Shown piece by piece: positions 55,294 to 64,000 of a DNA stretch of 64,000 nucleotides. Location: IMG/VR virus record IMGVR_UViG_2974786931_000001, positions 1 to 64,000 of that record. One strand, 5' to 3'. The stretch is from a virus (Duplodnaviria; Caudoviricetes). The notes below the pieces were generated by a model. It was not told the origin of the DNA. It did no database searches and worked only from the letters and a program-made list of their open reading frames with translations. Position 1 is the stretch's first letter, and the number at the start of each line of letters is the position of its first letter. The position numbers were made by a program, and so were the translations under genes.

Positions 55294-56270
55294 TATTTCA
55301 ACATTGTCACTTCAGCAATTTCTTTCCAGTTGTGACGATCAGTAGAGATGAAGTCTGCTACATACAGAGCTGTACGTAGTGAAACATTACGTAAACGATT
55401 AACATTAAGTTGCATCCACTGAAGAGCTTCAATAGTTTCACTATTTGATAATCCACGTTTTTGTAACATGTCTGTAGTCATCACTACATCTTCAACACGA
55501 GACATAATTTCTTCGTTTGTGTGAACACCTAAATCTAAGTAAACTGAACGAGATATTAAAGCATTTAAGTGTGGAGATAATTTACTTCCACGTTCTAGTT
55601 CACGGTCGATATTAACGTTTGTAATGAAGACTATAGTAGCTTCGAAATCGAACTCAGTAGGGATACCAGCATCAGCAAGATATGAAGAGGCAGTGCTCCA
55701 GCATACTTTACGCTTCTCACCTGAGTCGAGTGCAGCTTTAAGAATATTCAATATATCCATATCACTAAACACATCAACATCATCAATCAAAAGAACTTGA
55801 TTTTTCTCACGTGAATTCCAAAGACGTTCATAAAGACCGATACCTGAAACCTTACCATTAATAGATGTATATTCGATATCACCACGTTCATCAGCTCGAG
55901 TTAATGCTTTATCAAGTGAAAAAGTTTTACCAATACCTGCTGCACCTGAAATAATCAGAGAACGGATATTACCTCCAATAATACCATTAGTCATTAAGTT
56001 CATTACATTAAAACGTTTTTTGATACGTTGTTTCATTTCATCATAAGATTCAACTTCGATGACCTGAGATTCTGGCATGTTATCCATAACAACATCTTTC
56101 TTGAATACCCATACACCACGTTCTTTACCGCCAATAGTAACAAATACTTTTCCATCTCCAAGATGTTCTTCATGCGAAGGCACTACTTCTGGAAACCATA
56201 CTCGTGAAGCAATAAACTTACCAGAGACTTCATTACCACGATAAGTACCTGTGTTGATTTGAACTTGCAT
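55293..56270 (-). CDS. AAA+ ATPase (T4 nrdC.10-like)
   Basis: SGAAGIGKT, LLIDDVD, FITN, SRS; early promoter at 56331-56336. Confidence 0.85.
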   Translation of the reverse strand: MQVQINTGTYRGNEVSGKFIASRVWFPEVVPSHEEHLGDGKVFVTIGGKERGVWVFKKDVVMDNMPESQVIEVESYDEMKQRIKKRFNVMNLMTNGIIGGNIRSLIISGAAGIGKTFSLDKALTRADERGDIEYTSINGKVSGIGLYERLWNSREKNQVLLIDDVDVFSDMDILNILKAALDSGEKRKVCWSTASSYLADAGIPTEFDFEATIVFITNVNIDRELERGSKLSPHLNALISRSVYLDLGVHTNEEIMSRVEDVVMTTDMLQKRGLSNSETIEALQWMQLNVNRLRNVSLRTALYVADFISTDRHNWKEIAEVTMLK

Positions 56271-56347
56271 TTTTAACTCCATTTACTTGTTTTGTTTCGA
56301 TGTTGGTATAATAACACAGTAGGCGTAAGTGTAAACTATTAAATGCC

Positions 56348-56371
56348 AAAAAACCCACAGAAGTGGGTTTT
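56348..56371 (-). terminator. Terminator
   Basis: AAAACCCAC-TTCT-GTGGGTTTT-TT. Confidence 0.75.
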
Positions 56372-56380
56372 ATTTTTAAA

Positions 56381-57322
56381 TTAAATTGCATCAAGTGCAG
56401 TTAATGCTCTGATGAATGCTTCTTTAGCTTTTTCTGCTTTAGAAATCTCATCATTAAGATTTTTGATTTTTGATTTCAAAATTTCTTTAACTGTTGATAC
56501 AGCATCTTCATCTAAATTTGAATTTGAGTCTTTTTTCACTGAAATTTCCTGATATGCATAATTAGGGGATAATGTAAATTGAATGCAACCTTTAGATACA
56601 TGTATAATGCTACCTTCAACCCATTTATTTCTGAACACAAATATTTTAAGCATCTCAATGCAGAAATCAATATCTTTTGTCGGTGCATCGATGTCTTGTT
56701 TAAACAATTTAACAGTCACAGTTCGCGTAGTTTCGCCAGTATAATCTATAGCTGAATAAATTCCGCTGGTTGTTGGCAAAGAAAATCTATTTTTATGTTG
56801 TGACAAATACGATGAATCTGAAATAATACGTTTAAGGTCATCTCGGAGTAAATCAACAAACTCTTCATTACGGTTCTGGAAACCTTTTACGAGGCGATGG
56901 GCACCATATACATCTACAATACGGCCGTTAACAATAGTTCCGAACTCATTTAATTTTTTATATTTCTTTACTCGTGCTACACAACCAGTACCGACTAAAC
57001 GTACCCAAATATCATAGATACTTAAATTTCCATAATTATCATAATTAGCTATTTTAATCAGTTGAGTCGATGTTAAATATTTTACACCGCCAAGCTCAGA
57101 ATTACTATTCATGTATATAGTCATAGCTTTAACAATGCTATTAGATAAAATTCTATGACTAATTGAGTTGTAGTTATTAATCAAATCTTTTATGCACAAA
57201 TGTGGATGCACAGGATTTGCAAGTTCAACTGGTTTAATAGTGAATTTAAGACCTAATTCAGACAGAAAAATAGATTTAAATTTATCGAATTCAGCTTTAT
57301 TTGATAACGATTTAATACTCAT
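56381..57322 (-). CDS. nrdC.x-family hypothetical protein with C-terminal coiled coil
   Basis: 313 aa. Confidence 0.6.
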   Translation of the reverse strand: MSIKSLSNKAEFDKFKSIFLSELGLKFTIKPVELANPVHPHLCIKDLINNYNSISHRILSNSIVKAMTIYMNSNSELGGVKYLTSTQLIKIANYDNYGNLSIYDIWVRLVGTGCVARVKKYKKLNEFGTIVNGRIVDVYGAHRLVKGFQNRNEEFVDLLRDDLKRIISDSSYLSQHKNRFSLPTTSGIYSAIDYTGETTRTVTVKLFKQDIDAPTKDIDFCIEMLKIFVFRNKWVEGSIIHVSKGCIQFTLSPNYAYQEISVKKDSNSNLDEDAVSTVKEILKSKIKNLNDEISKAEKAKEAFIRALTALDAI

Positions 57323-57510
57323 GGTTGCTCCATTTTAATTTCTTCACGTAATAAGAATTTCTTAACTCTACGAGCATGTCGATGTTCTTTCTTTATATCT
57401 CTGGCTCGAGCTCTGATAGAACGATTACTTCTATAAGTATCATTAGGATAATCGTCATGACCTGGGCAACAATACCCAGGATTATACACATCAGCTATTT
57501 CTCGTTTCAT
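57319..57510 (-). CDS. Small basic hypothetical protein
   Basis: CCPGHD..P...Y.S.RS..AR. Confidence 0.6.
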   Translation of the reverse strand: MKREIADVYNPGYCCPGHDDYPNDTYRSNRSIRARARDIKKEHRHARRVKKFLLREEIKMEQP

Positions 57511-57513
57511 AAA

Positions 57514-57921
57514 TCACCAGTTAAAAGCTAACATCATACGCTTATTTTCGCGATGATGTTTATCTTTAAGATAATATTCTTCATCTTCAGGGTCTTCGAA
57601 CACACCAAGAACGCATTGTTCGCCAAAAGATAAAGCTTCGTCTTTAGTATTAAATGCTCTGTTCAAGTTATAAACAGGTTTTCCATCTGTTATGCCAAAA
57701 TCATTTAAAAACATTTTATCTATATAGCTTTGTTCTTCATCCGTACAACTAATGTAATCAATACAAATATTGATATACAGATGCCCACTTTGTGAAAGTA
57801 ATGGCTTTGATAGAATTACAACTTTAGAAACAGCTTTTTCTATATCCGCAACACAATTAGTGCCGTGAACACGAAAGATAGTAGAACCTACTTCTAGTTC
57901 AGATGCCGATTTAATAGCCAT
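57514..57921 (-). CDS. Hypothetical protein
   Basis: GAGGA SD; early promoter at 57974-57979. Confidence 0.65.
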   Translation of the reverse strand: MAIKSASELEVGSTIFRVHGTNCVADIEKAVSKVVILSKPLLSQSGHLYINICIDYISCTDEEQSYIDKMFLNDFGITDGKPVYNLNRAFNTKDEALSFGEQCVLGVFEDPEDEEYYLKDKHHRENKRMMLAFNW

Positions 57922-57981
57922 GATAATATCCTCTTGATTGTGTAGAACAATACTATCATGGCTTTGAACGATTGTAAACTG

Positions 57982-58377
57982 TTAGATATCAAATTGCGTA
58001 AAAGAAAAAGCATCTGTGATATCTACTAGGTCTTCAATGAAGTAGACTTTAAGACCATAAGCTATAGGACAATAAACTTGTCCTTTAATACTTTCAGGTA
58101 AATCAAATATTCCAAGCAAATCATGAATCAATTCTTCAGGGTACTCATGGTCTAAAGAAGGCAAACTATCACTTAGATTTTGGCTGATATTATGCTTATG
58201 TTCTAATAACCGTATAAGATGTACAAATTTAGCATTAGAAATAATTTTATCGCCTAATCTATCTTCATAAAAGTTTTTTATTAGCTCTATTACAAATGCA
58301 GCATCATTATATTCTTCAAACACTAGATGTGCCAATTCATTACCTAAATAAAATGTAATATTATAACCTTCTTTCAT
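57982..58377 (-). CDS. Hypothetical protein
   Basis: AAGGA SD; 131 aa. Confidence 0.6.
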   Translation of the reverse strand: MKEGYNITFYLGNELAHLVFEEYNDAAFVIELIKNFYEDRLGDKIISNAKFVHLIRLLEHKHNISQNLSDSLPSLDHEYPEELIHDLLGIFDLPESIKGQVYCPIAYGLKVYFIEDLVDITDAFSFTQFDI

Positions 58378-58550
58378 AATAAGTCCTTAATCAAAGCTGA
58401 TATCAGAAATTCCTACATCGCCGTCATCAGTCCGAAGAACTAAACTGATATGAGTTGTAATAGCTTGACTGTAGAAGTCTTCTCTACGCTGGTTAACATC
58501 TAAGTATAGATTTTCTTTTAAGAATTCGATTAGTTCTTCTTTGTTTATAC

Positions 58551-59561
58551 TCATTTGTACCAACTATTCAATTCATCAAGATAAACTTCTTCTAGGAACT
58601 TATCCCAGAAGGTCATATCAACATGTTCAGGCATACCGTTTTTAGCAGCAATCGCCGAAGCTTTTTCTACTGCATCAACTACATGCTCTAGATTATGCTG
58701 TACATGTTTAAAATCGCATTCCCCAGCTTTAACTGATTTAAGCTGAGAAGCCATTGACAAAGGATATTTCAAATCGCCGGTTTCATAAATTTCAAGCAAT
58801 TGATAACCACCACGTAATGCATGGCTCAAAGCTTTCCAATCAATACCTTCATTAGCTTCTGCTTTACGAGCACGTTCGCCATATTCATTAAACAATTTAG
58901 TCAACGAATATTTGAATTCTTCAATGCTTAAGGTATCTTGGAATTTGCAACCAAGTACTACATAAAACAATTGTTCGCCAAGCTTATGGTCTACAAATGG
59001 TAGCCACTCAATGAATTCACCTGTTGGCAAATTAGCTGCGATATCTTTAATTTTCCAACGAACATTTTCTCGTTTGTTTTGAGGCTTATCAGGATGTTTC
59101 CATCCTGGAATATTTTGGATAAATTCTAAAACAGAGCGTAAATTAGCAAGTCGAGAACCTTTAACACCATACTTGCCAGCTTGTTTCCGCACATAGCCTA
59201 AATATGATTCCATGCTTGTCGTATAAAAACGACTACGATTCTTTTGAATGAAATTCCATACTTCTGGCAAGTCTGATTTAACGACCAAATCTGCTGGAGT
59301 ATGTAACATATCTAAAGCTACTGTTTCGCCATTTGATGCTAATTTAAGAAAATATTTTAGACTAAACAATTCATGGTCGATATCGTCTTGAGAATTTTTA
59401 GTAGCAGTGTTATTAGTGTTTAAATTAAATTGATTTTGCATAGTTCCTAAAAGAATTTCTTTAGCACTAGGAACAAAGATTTCTTTAAAATCAATATCGC
59501 TTTCTGGAGTAGAGGTCCCATAAAGATGGGAGCCGAAATATGCTTTGACAATAGTTTTCAT
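58551..59561 (-). CDS. Pol-beta-superfamily nucleotidyltransferase (T4 nrdC.11-like)
   Basis: FGSHLYGTSTPESD.DFK.IF, DWKALSHA.R. Confidence 0.85.
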   Translation of the reverse strand: MKTIVKAYFGSHLYGTSTPESDIDFKEIFVPSAKEILLGTMQNQFNLNTNNTATKNSQDDIDHELFSLKYFLKLASNGETVALDMLHTPADLVVKSDLPEVWNFIQKNRSRFYTTSMESYLGYVRKQAGKYGVKGSRLANLRSVLEFIQNIPGWKHPDKPQNKRENVRWKIKDIAANLPTGEFIEWLPFVDHKLGEQLFYVVLGCKFQDTLSIEEFKYSLTKLFNEYGERARKAEANEGIDWKALSHALRGGYQLLEIYETGDLKYPLSMASQLKSVKAGECDFKHVQHNLEHVVDAVEKASAIAAKNGMPEHVDMTFWDKFLEEVYLDELNSWYK

Positions 59562-59968
59562 AGATAAATATGAGTCCTTTTAGCAATGTTGATTATATTT
59601 TTTAATGCCATAAAATATTCTGAGGCTTTTTCTTCGGTTTCAAATTTTGAGATCAAAGATTGACCTCTCATTTTCTGCACGATTTGCCAAATAGGCTTAA
59701 TCTTATAGCCACGAGTATCATCGCTATATTGTTCAGTTGATTCATACACTGCTGGAATGCAAATAGGTATAATATGATAGTCGGTTTCACCTTTAATTAT
59801 GATAACTGTTTCAATATATTTTCCGTATTTTACATTATTTACATATCCTAATACGCACTCACTTGGAAATCTATTGGCGTGGAAAATAGTTTTATTTGAG
59901 GCTAAAGTCATCTGTTTAATATGACTTTGTGTCAATTTAGTTTTAGATTTAATCAGCTCAATTTCCAT
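59558..59968 (-). CDS. Hypothetical protein
   Basis: 136 aa, coupled. Confidence 0.6.
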   Translation of the reverse strand: MEIELIKSKTKLTQSHIKQMTLASNKTIFHANRFPSECVLGYVNNVKYGKYIETVIIIKGETDYHIIPICIPAVYESTEQYSDDTRGYKIKPIWQIVQKMRGQSLISKFETEEKASEYFMALKNIINIAKRTHIYL

Positions 59969-60396
59969 TATTCAATCTCAATAAGTGGACAATATTTAGA
60001 TTTCTTAGCTTTAATGAATTCACCAACTAATGTAGGCTCACGATCTTTAGTTTTAGTTTTAACAAAATCTTTTGATGCTTCATAACCTTTAAAAACTAAG
60101 AATGAACCGCCTAAACAAATGCTAAGAATAATAACTATTGCAATAAGACCTGAAATAATAGATAGCGGAACAAAAACAACCGAAGATAAAGAGATCGAAA
60201 GAGCCGTCAGAATTGCTTTAAGTATAGGGAAACCCATTATGGCCCCAGCGCCTAATGCTACTGAAATTTTAAACAATACAAATGCACAATATCCTACAGT
60301 TTTCCAGAAATATCCACACAATGTTTTTGGGATATAATATTTGTTAGAATAAAACATGTGCAAACGGTAATGCCAAGATTTTTTAGAAATTTTCAT
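59968..60396 (-). CDS. Membrane protein
   Basis: MKI.K.SWHYRL..LC.YFW, TM segments, K.K.CP.IE. Confidence 0.7.
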   Translation of the reverse strand: MKISKKSWHYRLHMFYSNKYYIPKTLCGYFWKTVGYCAFVLFKISVALGAGAIMGFPILKAILTALSISLSSVVFVPLSIISGLIAIVIILSICLGGSFLVFKGYEASKDFVKTKTKDREPTLVGEFIKAKKSKYCPLIEIE

Positions 60397-60620
60397 TATT
60401 GACCCTTATCCATAGTTGGGATTACAGCAGAAAGATAGCTAAGTAATGCAGATGCTTCGGCTTTAGTAAAAGCTACATAGTCGTCATCTTGACGTAAATG
60501 AATCAAGTCTCGTACAGTATCTGGACTTGTTATTTCTACAGATAAAATTGTTGGAGAACAACTACTGATATCTGAAACAATAGTAGCATTTCGATGTTTG
60601 GCCCAGGTTAGTAAACTCAT
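60396..60620 (-). CDS. Hypothetical protein
   Basis: GAGGA SD; early promoter GTGTAC at 60675-60680. Confidence 0.65.
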   Translation of the reverse strand: MSLLTWAKHRNATIVSDISSCSPTILSVEITSPDTVRDLIHLRQDDDYVAFTKAEASALLSYLSAVIPTMDKGQ

Positions 60621-60691
60621 TTTTATTTCCTCATTGATGTTAGTAAAAATATTATATCATACAATTTTATTGATGTACACTGCTTAAATGA

Positions 60692-60699
60692 TATAAATA
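60692..60699 (+). promoter_or_regulatory. Late promoter TATAAATA
   Basis: Exact consensus upstream of AGGAGG (60715-60720) and ATG 60725. Confidence 0.85.
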
Positions 60700-60724
60700 G
60701 TAATATTCCACCACAGGAGGATGT

Positions 60725-61543
60725 ATGCTAATATCGGCTACGAACGTAACAGAACTGAACGAGAAAGTTCAAGAGAAATTAGATGCTGGATTGTATCTAT
60801 TTGGAGGTCCTACCATCCTTCCAAGTACGATATATGATTCTAGCGAAAGATTTTTCCAACAAGTTTCAGAAACAGTGGATTTGACACCTGGGCCTCCAGG
60901 TCCTGCTGGACAAAGTATTGTTGGTCCTCCCGGGCCTCAAGGAGTTGAAGGTCCAACTGGTCCTCAAGGAGCTACTGGTGGCGAAGGAGATCAAGGTCCA
61001 GTTGGTCCAGTAGGTCCTGGAGGTAAATCTGCTTATCAGTTATGGCTTGATGAAGGACACACTGGAACTATTGATGATTTTTTGAATAATATAGCTGGTA
61101 TCAGAAAGAAATCAGAATTATATTGGACAGGTTTAACTCTTGCTTTAGCAACCGGAGTATCAAATAATCTAATTAGTATTCTTAAAGCAATTCCGCCTAC
61201 AACAGGAACTTTACTTCCATTCTTTGATATCACCGATAATAAAATGAAAGTATTTAACCAAAGCGAATCTGTTAGTTTTAAACTAAACTTGATTGGTGTT
61301 TTTACAGGTGCTTCTCAAGCAAGAAGTATAACTGTTGATTTCGTAGGAACTAATGGGAATACTTTAGTTGAATCTAGACCTCAGAATGCTTCAGACATTT
61401 TATCGTTTACTACATTCTTTAGTGTAGATAAAGATGGTGCTATGGCTACTAATGGAACTGCCATAAACGTGACAGCAAATGCCGGAGTTTTTACAATAAA
61501 TTCTGTTTTACTTGTTGCTGAACAAATGGTTAGAAATATATAA
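60725..61543 (+). CDS. Collagen-like fibre protein with C-terminal Sf6-type tail-needle knob domain
   Basis: Gly-X-Y repeats, GKSAYQLWL..G..GT..DFL linker, then RKKSE...GTL.PFFD...NKM.VFN...FKL...G...RS...TFFSVDKDG..ATNG...AEQ; only convincing plus-strand gene in the window. Confidence 0.85.
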   Translation: MLISATNVTELNEKVQEKLDAGLYLFGGPTILPSTIYDSSERFFQQVSETVDLTPGPPGPAGQSIVGPPGPQGVEGPTGPQGATGGEGDQGPVGPVGPGGKSAYQLWLDEGHTGTIDDFLNNIAGIRKKSELYWTGLTLALATGVSNNLISILKAIPPTTGTLLPFFDITDNKMKVFNQSESVSFKLNLIGVFTGASQARSITVDFVGTNGNTLVESRPQNASDILSFTTFFSVDKDGAMATNGTAINVTANAGVFTINSVLLVAEQMVRNI

Positions 61544-61545
61544 GC

Positions 61546-61574
61546 AAAAAGGGAGACTCATTGAGTCTCCCTTT
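61546..61574. terminator. Bidirectional terminator between the fibre gene and rI
   Basis: AAAAAGGGAGACTC-ATT-GAGTCTCCCTTT. Confidence 0.85.
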
Positions 61575-61594
61575 AATATTTTAAAACTGAACAT

Positions 61595-61882
61595 TTATTT
61601 GTTTTCGTCGTCTAATTTTACTTTACGCTGCATAGCGTATTCGTTAGCTGCATCTCTTCCATCTACCGAACAAGAGGCTTGACATCTGGCTTGTTGCCAT
61701 TTTGATTTAATAAATGAGTAAAACTGTTCTGATTGTTCCCTGGATGGTTCTTTAAATTTGGAATATATTGTCATCGCGCCTTCAAAATACTGATGCTTAT
61801 TATGTTCATCAGCCATTGATGCAGTTGGCGAGACAAAAAACGCTATCATCATAGCGCAAACAGCTAGTTTAGTTAAGCTCAT
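61595..61882 (-). CDS. rI: Antiholin RI (lysis inhibition)
   Basis: N-terminal signal/SAR; FE.A...YS.FK.PS..ESE.F..F.K.KW....C...C...G..A..EY. Confidence 0.85.
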   Translation of the reverse strand: MSLTKLAVCAMMIAFFVSPTASMADEHNKHQYFEGAMTIYSKFKEPSREQSEQFYSFIKSKWQQARCQASCSVDGRDAANEYAMQRKVKLDDENK

Positions 61883-61890
61883 ACGAGCTC

Positions 61891-62103
61891 CTATTTAGGC
61901 CCTGTATTAATTTTATGCTGTAAAACAGCCTTAACCAAAATGAGGTATTTTTCTATTGTACGTTTACGTGTATAATCTGCTTTAGCGCCATGAATTTGAA
62001 TTTCGTGAGTAAGACGGCCTAATGAATGGCCTAATTCCAGTCGAATTTCATCTAATTGAGGGATAGAGAGATTACTAAGTTGCTTCTTCGTCAAATGTAT
62101 CAT
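61891..62103 (-). CDS. rI.1-like protein
   Basis: LT.KQL.NL...QLDEIR.ELG, KADYTRKR..EKYL..VKAV. Confidence 0.8.
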   Translation of the reverse strand: MIHLTKKQLSNLSIPQLDEIRLELGHSLGRLTHEIQIHGAKADYTRKRTIEKYLILVKAVLQHKINTGPK

Positions 62104-62129
62104 ATTTACCTCTAAGGGTTAGATAATAG

Positions 62130-62137
62130 TATTTATA
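62130..62137 (-). promoter_or_regulatory. Late promoter TATAAATA for rI.1-rI
   Basis: Exact consensus, intergenic. Confidence 0.8.
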
Positions 62138-62164
62138 ACATTAAAATTGTACAAAATAGACCCA

Positions 62165-62746
62165 TTAATATAATTCTAGCATTTCGCACCAATGCTTTCT
62201 GCACAAAGATACATATTTGTCTTCACCACCTAACTCTACTTGAGCGCCATCTTTAACGGCATTTCCATTACTATCAATACGAGCTACCATTGTAGCTTTC
62301 TTACCACAATGACATACACCTTTTAGTTCAACTAATTTATCAGCACATTGTAATAATGCTTTAGAACCAGGGAATAATTCTCCTCTGAAATCTGTTCTTA
62401 AACCATATGCCATAACAGGAACATTATAGATATCTACAATTTTACACAAGTCTTGTACCTGAGCTGGTTCTAAAAATTGTGCTTCATCGATTAATACACA
62501 ATGGATATCTCGTTGTGTCTGAGCCCATTTGAAAAATTCTACAATATTCATTCCTGGGTGAATAACGTTTGCTTCAAGTTTGATACCAATTCTAGATACG
62601 ATTTCAGATGAAGAATCGCGTGTATCTACGGCTGGTTTCATTACCAATGTACCCATGCCACGTTCTTTGTAATTGTGAGCAACCGATAGTAAAGATGTTG
62701 ACTTACCTGAATTCATTGCTGCGTAATTGTAATAAAGCTGTGCCAT
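62165..62746 (-). CDS. tk: Thymidine kinase
   Basis: AMNSGKST, DEAQF, YGLRTDF, C.CG, Y.SLCR.HW. Confidence 0.97.
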   Translation of the reverse strand: MAQLYYNYAAMNSGKSTSLLSVAHNYKERGMGTLVMKPAVDTRDSSSEIVSRIGIKLEANVIHPGMNIVEFFKWAQTQRDIHCVLIDEAQFLEPAQVQDLCKIVDIYNVPVMAYGLRTDFRGELFPGSKALLQCADKLVELKGVCHCGKKATMVARIDSNGNAVKDGAQVELGGEDKYVSLCRKHWCEMLELY

Positions 62747-62755
62747 TTTAAATCC

Positions 62756-62965
62756 TTATACCCATTTAACAAGTAAACAATATTCTTCTACATAAATCTT
62801 TCGTTTCTTTTTATCAATATAAGTATACTCTACAAATGTGCCAGCATATTCTTTCTCTTCAACATCTGATTTAATAGGACATTTAGTGAATCGGGTTTCA
62901 GACCATATCCGATGAATAATAGCTTTCCATTTAGGATCAAAAGGATGCGGATAATGAACTTTCAT
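62756..62965 (-). CDS. tk.x-like hypothetical protein
   Basis: YPHPFDP..K..I.R.W...R.TKCPI. Confidence 0.6.
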   Translation of the reverse strand: MKVHYPHPFDPKWKAIIHRIWSETRFTKCPIKSDVEEKEYAGTFVEYTYIDKKKRKIYVEEYCLLVKWV

Positions 62966-63420
62966 TATTGAGCCTTATAATTAACTACAATTATATCAAG
63001 ATTAGGAGTAACAGCATCAATAAGTTTAGAGATAATATTCCAATCGCCTTTAGCTATACCTGCTCCGATCTTAGGAATATATATTTCTGGGATAGTATAA
63101 GTTGTAGCATACATTCCATTCAATTTAGAGAAAGCATTTACGATAGCGCCGTAATCTACATTAGGTCCAGGTTCATATTGAGTATAAAGATTAAAACAAT
63201 ATCCTGCATCTGCCTGATAATATGAACTATAATTGCCTAATTTATCACGTTCGCCTTTGGCCCAATGTAATTTATCAACTTTTAAAATACTTGGAAATGC
63301 TTTAGCTAATTGGCCAGCAACGCCAGCGCCCATTTTGTGGAAGCAATTACATCCATGAGCAATTTTATTACCTTCACGGAACAATTGAACAATATCGCCA
63401 TCAATTTCTTTAATAATCAT
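62965..63420 (-). CDS. Macro-domain ADP-ribose hydrolase (T4 tk.4-like)
   Basis: GDI, AHGCNCFH.MGAGVA, NLYTQ, PKIGAGIA.GDW. Confidence 0.9.
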   Translation of the reverse strand: MIIKEIDGDIVQLFREGNKIAHGCNCFHKMGAGVAGQLAKAFPSILKVDKLHWAKGERDKLGNYSSYYQADAGYCFNLYTQYEPGPNVDYGAIVNAFSKLNGMYATTYTIPEIYIPKIGAGIAKGDWNIISKLIDAVTPNLDIIVVNYKAQ

Positions 63421-63586
63421 TTATCTTCTATCCCGCTTATTATATCACAAATTTCGTCATAAGCCATAGCTATATCAGCATCGATTTCTCTCATAGCTAC
63501 GTGAGAAGAATCCCAACGGTTAGCTTCTCTTCCGCGATCTTCAAATAGCTTAGCATATTCTTCTATTTTAGAAATAAGATGTTCTC

Positions 63587-63994
63587 TCATGAAATATCCT
63601 TAAATGTCAAACTTTCTTTATTATCAAAACGATATGCTGCATATGTGCCAGTCATTTTATTATAAATTCTGATGAATACTGGTTGTTCACAGTTTTTAAG
63701 GATTTGTGTAAATTTAGTTTGATTAGGCGGAGTCATGAATACAGAGCTTTCTAAGATAAGTCCTTCAGCTCGTTCTTGGCATGCAGACATTGTGAATTCA
63801 GCTTCTGTAATAAATGCTTGGTCTGCTTTATTTTTGTTGTAAAATGTTACTGCAAACTGTTTTAATTTAGGAGCATAAGCGAGTTCAACATGCTGTTTAA
63901 ATGCTCCTGATGTTTCAATTTGGTTTCCAGTAAGAGAATATAATTTTTCTGGGTAGCCTGAAACAGGAGACCAAGCTACCGCAGAAGTTGACAC
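63587..63994 (-). CDS. Probable secreted protein, 5' end beyond window edge
   Basis: Frame open to the window end with a signal-peptide-like end (STSAVA-W). Confidence 0.5.
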   Translation of the reverse strand: MSTSAVAWSPVSGYPEKLYSLTGNQIETSGAFKQHVELAYAPKLKQFAVTFYNKNKADQAFITEAEFTMSACQERAEGLILESSVFMTPPNQTKFTQILKNCEQPVFIRIYNKMTGTYAAYRFDNKESLTFKDIS

Positions 63995-64000
63995 ACATAA

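Noticed and set aside
18163-61574. Shared CTCATTGAG core in the terminators after both fibre-like genes
   Set aside because: A 9-bp match within hairpins; too short to argue common origin or co-regulation
1-64000. tRNA/rRNA genes, inteins, integrase
   Set aside because: No cloverleaf-like intergenic space or intein-sized insertions in 43, 41, uvsX or 46 were seen by eye; a tRNAscan/Infernal run would be needed to exclude small RNAs

Overview
AT-rich segment of a T4-like (Straboviridae/Tevenvirinae-type) myophage genome. It covers the early/middle replication arm, almost all on the minus strand: ndd, denB, rIIB, rIIA, topoisomerase 39+60, goF/cef/motB, dexA, dda, srd, mod, gp56, gp61, gp41, gp40, uvsX, a DNA-modification cluster, gp43, regA, gp62/44/45, rpbA, gp46/47, gp55, nrdH, gp49, pin, nrdC, nrdC.10/11, rI, tk. 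From recall, the Dda protein closely resembles that of Yersinia phiR1-RT-like phages (not verified). The main point of interest lies between uvsX and gp43, where T4 beta-gt/42/imm is replaced by a cluster for sugar-modified hydroxycytosine. It encodes a SIS arabinose-5-P isomerase, an NTP-transferase/kinase, a HAD phosphatase, a peptidase-U32 Fe-S protein, an AroQ chorismate-mutase-like protein, an atypical thymidylate-synthase-fold enzyme, a putative glycosyltransferase and a dNMP kinase. The U32 + chorismate mutase pairing suggests prephenate-dependent, O2-independent C5 hydroxylation of dCMP. A free-standing GIY-YIG endonuclease has invaded the cluster. Other oddities: a T2-type gp38 adhesin gene stranded downstream of the primase; a late, opposite-strand collagen fibre gene ending in an Sf6-type tail-needle knob; an expanded GoF-like family; a probable frameshift in srd; several RBS-sequestering hairpins and promoter stem-loops; and no nrdD/nrdG at their usual place. 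All protein assignments are by-eye recognition of motifs and synteny. No database search was run.
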